From contig CAVUQH010000003.1 in NCBI GenBank assembly GCA_963743525.1, positions 320,001-384,000 on the forward strand: 64,000 bases of DNA, written 5' to 3'. This document shows, piece after piece, positions 54,697 through 64,000 of this stretch (within the stretch, counting starts at the first letter, position 1; the number at the start of each line of letters is the position of its first letter). A program made the translations under genes and the position numbers. The notes under the pieces are model-generated. The model did no database searches. It was given only the letters and a program-made list of their open reading frames with translations, and had not been told where the DNA came from. Source of the stretch: an uncultured delta proteobacterium. GTDB taxonomy: Bacteria > Myxococcota_A > Polyangia > Haliangiales > Haliangiaceae.

Positions 54697-56443
54697 GCTT
54701 GCAGTCGCCGCCGAGCAAGCCGTCCGCCGGCGGCGTCCACACCGTCGGCTTGACGTCGCGGCAGTAGAAGCGCAGCCGGTTGAAGTCGTGCCACAAGAGC
54801 GTGTTGCGCACGCCGTCGCGATCGCCTTCCACCGGATGCGCCAGCACCGCGCCCGCGGCTGCGCGCCAGGCGACGTCGCCCTTTTCCGCCGCCGCGCGCA
54901 TCGCCGTCGTCGGCGTCTCCGGCGCCAGCAGCGCGAACGGCCCCATCGGCAACACGCGGGCCAGCGTCGCGGCGCCGAGCTCCGGCGACAGCTGCACGTA
55001 GACCGGTCGCCCGGTCGCCGCCAGGGCGGCCAGCGGCAGCGGTCGCCCCAGCTTCAGCGGCGCGTCGATCACCGGCGCCAGCGACGGATAGCGCCGCCGC
55101 GTCTCCTCGGCGGTGCCGGGATAGGTCAGGAACCCCAGGTCGAGCAGCGCGACGTCGGGCCGCGCGTGCTCGAGCGCGTGCATCGCCTCCAGCCGGTAGC
55201 TGGTCTCGAAGTACGACGGCATCAGCACCGCCCGCGGCGGCAGTCGCTCGAGCTCCATCTCGGCCATCCGGTCCGATGCGTCGGCGCCGACCAGCTCGCT
55301 CGACGGCCCGTGCACCGCCGCCTGTAGCGGCACCGTCAGCCAGACCAGCACCAGCGCTGCTGCGACGACGCCGCGCCGCCAGCCGGGCCGGGTGTCGATG
55401 GCCGTGCACGCCAGTGTCGCGACCCCGGCCAGCGCCAGCAGCATCAGCGCGGCGATCGCCGGCAACAGGTAGCCGTGGTGGTCCGGCGTGCGCGGCTCGA
55501 AGCCGACCAGCGCCCGGGCGACCACGCCCAGCGCGACCACGCCGCCGAGGAACGCGAACACCGCCCGCGGCCGCCGCCGCAGCCCGGCGTACAACCCGAC
55601 CAGCCCGAGGACGAACAGCGGCACGCTCGAGTCGTCGGCCAGCGCCACCGCGATCTGCCCGGCGTCCTCGCCCATGCTGGTCGGCCGCTCGGCGCCGACC
55701 GACTTCTGGAACGCCCGCGCGCTCACCGTCCAGGCGAACCGCTCGGCGGTGTGAGGCGCGCCCCAGTTCGGCTCCGGGTGCTGCGCCGATCGCACCGGCA
55801 GATAGAGAAACGACGCCAGCCCGATCATCGCCAGCGCCGCCGCCGCGCCGGTCGCCCGCGCGCTGGGCCGCGCGTCCCGCCCGCGCGCCAACACCAGCGC
55901 CGCCGCCGGCACCAGGACGGTGGCCGCGATCAGGTGGTGGTTGGCCGCCGCCAGCCCGCCGAACAGCGCGCCGAGCAGCAGCCAGCGCGGGTGGCGCCCG
56001 CCCTCCCACGCGATCGCCGACGCCATCGCCCCGACCAGCAGCAGCGACTCCAGCGCGTAGACCTCGGCCCGCACCGCCTGGAACCAGCTGGCCCACGACA
56101 GCGCGAACGCCAGCGCCACCGCCGCGGCCAGCGCCGACCGCACCCGCGCGGGCAGCTGTGGGGCCACCTGACCGAGCAGCGTCCTCCCGGCCGCCCACAG
56201 CGCCGTTGCCGCGCCCGCCCCGGCCAGCCCGGAGGCGGCATTGATGCGAAAAGTCTGGTCACCTACCGGGATCAGCCCCGCCAGGTGACCGAGCAGGACC
56301 GGCAGCGGGTGGCCCGGCGAATGAGGCACCCCCAGGTTGACCGAAGCTGCCACGAACTCAGGAGAATCCAGCCAGCCGATGGCCGGCGAGGCGGTCGCCA
56401 GGTACACGCACAGGGCGGCCCCGAACACGAGGATGCCGGCCAC
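54677..56443 (-). CDS. DUF2723/TMEM260-like membrane glycosyltransferase
   Basis: DSPEF...GVPHSPGHPL, AEVY, NHH; many TMs. Confidence 0.8.
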   Translation of the reverse strand: MAGILVFGAALCVYLATASPAIGWLDSPEFVAASVNLGVPHSPGHPLPVLLGHLAGLIPVGDQTFRINAASGLAGAGAATALWAAGRTLLGQVAPQLPARVRSALAAAVALAFALSWASWFQAVRAEVYALESLLLVGAMASAIAWEGGRHPRWLLLGALFGGLAAANHHLIAATVLVPAAALVLARGRDARPSARATGAAAALAMIGLASFLYLPVRSAQHPEPNWGAPHTAERFAWTVSARAFQKSVGAERPTSMGEDAGQIAVALADDSSVPLFVLGLVGLYAGLRRRPRAVFAFLGGVVALGVVARALVGFEPRTPDHHGYLLPAIAALMLLALAGVATLACTAIDTRPGWRRGVVAAALVLVWLTVPLQAAVHGPSSELVGADASDRMAEMELERLPPRAVLMPSYFETSYRLEAMHALEHARPDVALLDLGFLTYPGTAEETRRRYPSLAPVIDAPLKLGRPLPLAALAATGRPVYVQLSPELGAATLARVLPMGPFALLAPETPTTAMRAAAEKGDVAWRAAAGAVLAHPVEGDRDGVRNTLLWHDFNRLRFYCRDVKPTVWTPPADGLLGGDCKLSELPE

Positions 56444-56506
56444 GTTGGAAGTGTACAGCGCCCCGCGCTCGTGTTACCCGTTAGGGCGGCCGAACTTACC
56501 GGATTC

Positions 56507-58039
<1,533 letters not shown>

Positions 58040-58048
58040 AATCGGCTC

Positions 58049-59002
<954 letters not shown>

Positions 59003-59054
59003 GCCCGACGCTCCGCGCCATAGCCACCGGCGCGCCGGGCGCTATACTGCTTCG

Positions 59055-60215
59055 ATGGCTACCGAGCTCAGCCTCGAACTCCTGCAGAAGCTGCCCAAGA
59101 CCGACCTCCACGTCCACCTGGACGGGAGCTTGCGCCTCGACACCGTCATCGACCTGGCGCGCAAGCACAAGGTCAAGCTGCCCACCGAGGACCGCGAAGA
59201 TCTGTTCCGGATGATCTACGCCGGGGACGTCTGCAACTCGCTGGACGACTACCTCAAGGCGTTCGACATCACCCTGTCGGTGCTGCAGACCGAGGAGAGC
59301 CTCGAGCGGGCGGCGTTCGAGCTGGCCGAAGATGCGTGGAAGGAGAATGTCCGCTACATCGAGGTCCGCTACGCGCCGATGCTGCACACCCGCTGGGACA
59401 CCGGTCTCACCGCGGTGGTCGAGGCGGTGCTGCGCGGCCTGCGCGCGGCCAAGCGCGCCTTCGGCATCCGCTACGGCGTCATCCTCTGCGGCATCCGCTC
59501 GATGAGCGCCGAGTCGTCGGTGCGCATGGCCGAGCTGGCGATCGCGTTCAAGAACCGCGGCGTGGTCGGCTTCGACCTGGCCGGTTCCGAGGTCAACAAC
59601 CCGGCCAAGGAGCACCTGCGCGCGTTCCAGCTGATCCTGCGCAACAACATCAATTGCACCGCCCACGCCGGCGAGGCCTACGGCCCCGAGTCGATCGCCC
59701 AGGCGATCCACACCTGCGGCGCCCACCGCATCGGCCACGGCACCCGGCTGGTCGAGGACGGCGACCTGCTCAACTACCTCAACGATCACCGCATCCCGCT
59801 GGAGGTCTGTCCGTCGTCCAACATCCAGACCAAGGCGGCGATCAGCTGGGAGTCGCACCCGGTCAACTTCTTCGTCAACTACGGCCTGCGCGTCACGGTC
59901 AACACCGACAACCGGCTGATCACCGACACCACGGTGTCGAAGGAGCTGTGGCTGTGCCACAAGCACTTCGGCTGGACGCTGGATCAGATCAAGGAGATCG
60001 TGATCGCCGGCTTCAAGAGCGCCTTCCTGCCCTATCGCGAGAAGGCCGACATCCTCAAAGAGATCACCGCCGAGCTCGAGCAGTTCGCCGAGCCGCAGAA
60101 CGGCAAGCGGCGCGAGAAGAAGCAGAAGATCGTCGGCGAGGCGTCCGACGCCGGTTGCGCCATCCCCGAGGCCGAGGCGCCGGCCACCGAGCCGTCAACC
60201 GAGATCATCCGCTAG
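59055..60215 (+). CDS. add: Adenosine deaminase
   Basis: HVHLDGS, HAGE, RIGHG, NTDN. Confidence 0.93.
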   Translation: MATELSLELLQKLPKTDLHVHLDGSLRLDTVIDLARKHKVKLPTEDREDLFRMIYAGDVCNSLDDYLKAFDITLSVLQTEESLERAAFELAEDAWKENVRYIEVRYAPMLHTRWDTGLTAVVEAVLRGLRAAKRAFGIRYGVILCGIRSMSAESSVRMAELAIAFKNRGVVGFDLAGSEVNNPAKEHLRAFQLILRNNINCTAHAGEAYGPESIAQAIHTCGAHRIGHGTRLVEDGDLLNYLNDHRIPLEVCPSSNIQTKAAISWESHPVNFFVNYGLRVTVNTDNRLITDTTVSKELWLCHKHFGWTLDQIKEIVIAGFKSAFLPYREKADILKEITAELEQFAEPQNGKRREKKQKIVGEASDAGCAIPEAEAPATEPSTEIIR

Positions 60216-60234
60216 GACGCGCCTGCCGGCGACC

Positions 60235-60309
60235 TTTGCCCGTACCTCCTCGCTCGGTCGGTTGCGTACCGCAGTACGCGCCCTCCCTCGCTGCGGGGGT
60301 GCGGGCAAA
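60235..60309 (+). repeat. Dispersed hairpin repeat, short divergent copy C
   Basis: Shares CCGTACCTCCTCGCTC and CGCTGCGGGGGTGCGG arms with copies A and B. Confidence 0.8.
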
Positions 60310-60311
60310 TC

Positions 60312-60707
60312 TCACTCGGCAGTCGCGCCCTTCCTGACTGAGAGCTGCAGGTGCAGCTGGGCGGTGCCCTTCAGGCCGTCGGCGTCGGTCACGGTCAGCT
60401 CGATGGTCGCCGGCCGGTCGCCGAGGAAGCGGACCACCGGGTTGGCCGAGTGCTCGTCGCCGCTGTCGAAGCGGAACTCGTCGCCGCGGATCGACCAGGT
60501 GTAGGCAAGCGGCATGGCGCCGCCCGGATCGTCCACCGGGTCGGCCGAAGAGGTGCCGTCCAGGGCAACTGCGGTCTGGAAGCCGTCGTTCTCCGGAATG
60601 GCGCGGGGCGTCGCGTCGGCCCGCGCTACCGGGGGGTGACCATCGTCAAAGGTACAGGCCGCCGGAGCGAGCGCAGCCACCAGGACCAGGGCGCGGATTC
60701 CTACCAT
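60312..60707 (-). CDS. PKD-domain lipoprotein
   Basis: PAAC lipobox; LDGTSSADP, YTW, LTVTDADG. Confidence 0.8.
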   Translation of the reverse strand: MVGIRALVLVAALAPAACTFDDGHPPVARADATPRAIPENDGFQTAVALDGTSSADPVDDPGGAMPLAYTWSIRGDEFRFDSGDEHSANPVVRFLGDRPATIELTVTDADGLKGTAQLHLQLSVRKGATAE

Positions 60708-60736
60708 CGGATGGCCGTGTGTTACCATGGTCACGG

Positions 60737-61552
60737 GTGGACACCAAACGCCACCAGATCTTCCGCGGGTTGATCGACGAGCACTGGCGTCGGGTCTTCA
60801 ACTTCGCCTTCCGAATGACTCTCGATCGCGGGCGCGCAGCCGTGGTGGTCGAAGAGACGTTCCTGCGCGCGTACATCGCCGAGGACGATCTGCCGGACGG
60901 CCCGCGCATGGAAGACTGGCTGCTGCGCATTGCCAACCACGTGCTCGAGCAGCGCCTGCCGCGCACTCCCGAGGTGACGTTCGACATGCTCGACGACACC
61001 CTGCGAAGCGAGGCGACCCGCACGGATGCAGTCCGCTCGCTGGCCGAGCCGACCCGCGATTTCCTGCTGTGGGAGCTCAAGCAGGGCTGCATGACCGCAG
61101 TGGTCAACTGCTTGTCGCCGGGCGAGCGCGCCGCGTTCGTCATGTCGCAGGTGCTGAGGAAGAAGGATGTCGAGGCGGCCGAGGCGCTGGGCATCAGCAA
61201 GAGCGCCTACAAGGTGCGGCTGTCGCGCGCGCGCAAGAAGGTCTCCGACTATCTGGCGCCGCGCTGCGAGCACGTCGATCCGCTCAACCCGTGCCGCTGC
61301 CCGGCGCGCGTCGGCATCGCCCTGCACAAGGGCTTCATCCGGTCAACCGGCGAGATCAACCTGCGCAAGCCGGTGGCCCCGTTCGGCCGCTACGGCACCG
61401 GACCCGAGACCGAGGATGCGCCGCAGCGAGACATCGGCGCGATCTACGGCACCCTGCCCGATCCCGACCCACCCGACGAGCTGCCGACGCACCTGCTCGG
61501 CCTCCTGGAGGCCGGTAAGTGGGACAAGGTTCGCGAGCGCAAGAACGCGTAG
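60737..61552 (+). CDS. ECF sigma factor with Cys-containing C-terminal extension
   Basis: EETFLRA, WLLRIA.N, AEALGIS...KVRLSRAR, C-x7-CRC. Confidence 0.88.
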   Translation: MDTKRHQIFRGLIDEHWRRVFNFAFRMTLDRGRAAVVVEETFLRAYIAEDDLPDGPRMEDWLLRIANHVLEQRLPRTPEVTFDMLDDTLRSEATRTDAVRSLAEPTRDFLLWELKQGCMTAVVNCLSPGERAAFVMSQVLRKKDVEAAEALGISKSAYKVRLSRARKKVSDYLAPRCEHVDPLNPCRCPARVGIALHKGFIRSTGEINLRKPVAPFGRYGTGPETEDAPQRDIGAIYGTLPDPDPPDELPTHLLGLLEAGKWDKVRERKNA

Positions 61553-62667
61553 TCGCCGCCGCCGTCGCTGTCTTCGCCGCCATCGTGGCGCCGGCGAGCG
61601 CGGCCGCTGATCCAATCGTCGTCTTGCCGCCGCCGGGCCTGGTCGTCGCCCGCAGCCACGGCAAACCGGTGGTCAGCTTTCTCGGATCGATCAGTGGCGC
61701 CGGCGTGCTCGGCGCCAGCGACATGGCGGTGTTGCCGGAGTTGGGGAGCCTCGACGAGCACGCGGCGCTGGCGCGGGCGCGCATCGGCGTGGTCGCCGCG
61801 CACGCGGTGCTGCCGGCATCGGCGATCCTGCGCGTCGATCTGGCCGAGGCGACCCGTCTGTCCGACGGCGCGTTCTCCGACGACCCGGCCACCGCCATCG
61901 ATCGCCTGGTCAACGACGCCGCGGTCTGGTGGCGACCGGCGTCGTACGCCAACGCGGTTTTCGGCCGGCAGAAGGTGCCGTTCTCGCGCTTCCGCCAGAT
62001 GGACGCGGACCTCTTGCAGGCCGGCGTGGTGCCGTTCCTGGTCAACCGCGTCGCCCCCGATCGCCGTTGGGGGCTGTCGGCGGTGGGCGACCTCGGCGCG
62101 CTGTCGTACGCCGCCGGGGCGTACGCCGACGTCGACGATCTCGAGCCGCGGGCTGCCGACGACCCGTCAACCAACGGAATCGGAATCCTCGCCGCCCACG
62201 TCGAGTCAACCCCGCGCGCGCCGATGGGTCGCGACTTCCTCGCCACCCCGACCAGCGATCCGTGGTGGGGCACGGCGCGGGTGTCGGCCGGTATCGGCGC
62301 GCTCTACCGGGTGCGCTACGGCAAGGACCGCCTCGACCTGTCGCTGTCAACCCAGCTGGCCTATCAGAACTGGGCGATCGGCGGCGAGCTGTTGGTCGGC
62401 ACCGGTGGCACCTCCACCGGCAACGCCCACCTGGGCGTCACCGGCGAGGGCAGCGTGCTGATCACCAACGAGGTGGCGCTGTTCACCCGCGGCGAGCGCG
62501 ATGCCGAGGCCGGCCGCTGGTCGGCGGGCGGCGGCGCCGCGTTCTTCGTCAGTCGCGACCGGCGCAACAAGGTCACCCTCTACGGCTGGCTGCGCCGGGC
62601 CACCGAGGGCGCCGCCGATCGCACCCGCGGCGACGGTCTCATCCTGCAGCTGCAGGCATCGCTGTAG
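61519..62667 (+). CDS. Putative outer-membrane porin-like protein
   Basis: Signal-like N-terminus, FGRQKVPFS, beta strands; start uncertain. Confidence 0.55.
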   Translation: MGQGSRAQERVVAAAVAVFAAIVAPASAAADPIVVLPPPGLVVARSHGKPVVSFLGSISGAGVLGASDMAVLPELGSLDEHAALARARIGVVAAHAVLPASAILRVDLAEATRLSDGAFSDDPATAIDRLVNDAAVWWRPASYANAVFGRQKVPFSRFRQMDADLLQAGVVPFLVNRVAPDRRWGLSAVGDLGALSYAAGAYADVDDLEPRAADDPSTNGIGILAAHVESTPRAPMGRDFLATPTSDPWWGTARVSAGIGALYRVRYGKDRLDLSLSTQLAYQNWAIGGELLVGTGGTSTGNAHLGVTGEGSVLITNEVALFTRGERDAEAGRWSAGGGAAFFVSRDRRNKVTLYGWLRRATEGAADRTRGDGLILQLQASL

Positions 62668-62673
62668 CGCGGC

Positions 62674-63564
62674 TCAGGCGCCCGGTCGCCGCGGCGTCCA
62701 CGGGCAGCGCAGGTGCCAGCGCCACTTGCGGCCCTTGCCGCGGCTGGGCGCCTGGTCGTTGCGGCAGCGGCCGGCGTCGTGGTCGTCGGCGCCGCACTCG
62801 ACGCGCACGTGCATGTGGTCGTCGTGCGCCTGCACGTGGCGGGGAACCGCGAGGGTGTGCCGCGCCAGGTGGATCAGCTCGGGCGACTCGCCGGTCTTCT
62901 CGGCGTAGCGGATCAGCCACTCCTTGATCCGCCGCGACACGAAGATCGCTTGCACGGTGGCGACGTCGTCGGTGAGCAGCGCGCGGACCAGCGCCCAGTT
63001 GCGCGCCAGGTCGAAGTAGCGCACCGGGATCCGCTTCTGCCAGGTCGGCGCCCGCGAGTAGTAGGCCTTGCCGTGGCGGGTGTAGACCGGCATCACGTTG
63101 TCCGGCGCGAAGTAGGCGCCGTTCTCGTCGAGGGCGTAGTAGAGCAGGTCGGCGTCGCGGCCCGACTGGTGCGAGCGGTGGCCGGCGGCGGCGCCGCCGT
63201 GCTCCTTGGCCAGGTCGGCGACGCCCAGCAGCGAGCCGGGGTACTGCGCGGCGACCGTGCGCGCGGCGCGCTGGATGGCGCCGACCAGCTCGTCGGTGCC
63301 GTAGCGGACGCCGCGCCTCGACCAGGTCTCGGGCGTCACCCAGCCGAAGCCGCGGTCGGGGATGCGCGCGCCGTGGTACAGGGCGCCGCGGTTGGCCGAG
63401 CCGCAGGAGATGCTGCCCTCCGGTACCGCCGGCTCGTCGTCGGCGGGAGCGGGAGCGGAAGCCGCGGTCGGCGTGGCCGCGGCCTTCGCGTCGGTGTGCT
63501 CGTCAGCGCGCGCGCCGCTCGCCATGAAGGCGATGGCTACAGCTGTGACCGCAACACCCCGCAC
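62674..63564 (-). CDS. Penicillin-insensitive murein endopeptidase (MepA-like)
   Basis: HRSHQSGRDAD, HDDHMHVR. Confidence 0.88.
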   Translation of the reverse strand: MRGVAVTAVAIAFMASGARADEHTDAKAAATPTAASAPAPADDEPAVPEGSISCGSANRGALYHGARIPDRGFGWVTPETWSRRGVRYGTDELVGAIQRAARTVAAQYPGSLLGVADLAKEHGGAAAGHRSHQSGRDADLLYYALDENGAYFAPDNVMPVYTRHGKAYYSRAPTWQKRIPVRYFDLARNWALVRALLTDDVATVQAIFVSRRIKEWLIRYAEKTGESPELIHLARHTLAVPRHVQAHDDHMHVRVECGADDHDAGRCRNDQAPSRGKGRKWRWHLRCPWTPRRPGA

Positions 63565-63645
63565 GCAGCGATGGTACCGCCAAGCCGCGCGCAGGGGCCA
63601 GAACTTGTCATCGGCAGTCAGCGCGCCGACATGTCGCAGCTTCGG

Positions 63646-64000
63646 CTACTTGGCCGCGGCGAAGGCTGCTTCGAGATCGGCGCGCAGGTCGTCCAGGTCC
63701 TCGATGCCGACCGACAGGCGGATGAAGCCGTCGGCGATGCCCAGGGCGCGGCGCCGCTCGGGAGGCACGCTGGCGTGGGTCATGATCGCCGGGTGCTCGA
63801 TCAGTGACTCGACGCCGCCCAGCGACTCGGCGCAGGCAAAGACGCTGCAGGCCGACAGGAAGCGGCGCGCCGCCTCGAGGTCGCCGGCCAGGTCGAAGCT
63901 GATCATGCCGCCGAAGCCCTTTTGCTGGCGCTTGGCCAGCTCGTGCTGCGGGTGGCTGGGCAGCCCGGGGTAGATGACCCGCGCCGCCTGCTCGTGACCC
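63646..64000 (-). CDS. Cystathionine gamma-lyase/synthase family, 3' part only
   Basis: YPGLPSHP, AESLGGVESL, IRLSVGIE. Confidence 0.92.
   Translation of the reverse strand, partial: GHEQAARVIYPGLPSHPQHELAKRQQKGFGGMISFDLAGDLEAARRFLSACSVFACAESLGGVESLIEHPAIMTHASVPPERRRALGIADGFIRLSVGIEDLDDLRADLEAAFAAAK

Overview
High-GC (~70%) bacterial chromosome segment. Gene content (several Hanks-type kinases, FHA/sigma54 activators, a MYXO-CTERM protein, a CglF/GltF-like protein, Cys-rich lipoproteins) suggests a Myxococcota genome; this is inference. About 58 genes: mostly housekeeping, envelope and signalling (two ABC peptide permease sets, dtd, korAB, tatBC, PBP1A, pspA, uppS-cdsA, mscS, gshB, add), plus one tRNA-Arg(CCG). 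I see no prophage, integrase, transposase or CRISPR array. The most interesting signals: (1) a dispersed, covarying ~114-nt hairpin repeat family (3 copies); (2) tandem arrays that copy the 3' ends of two genes; (3) a 139-bp AT-rich inverted-repeat element containing the apparent start codon of an orphan DNA methyltransferase; (4) repeated corruption of GTCGAC sites, suggesting DNA methylation read as sequencing error; (5) many apparently leaderless genes; (6) unusual proteins: a Cys-nucleophile lipase-fold protein, a doubled di-heme oxidoreductase, OppA with an SH3-like insert, and a pseudokinase. All family calls come from motif recognition by eye, not from database searches.
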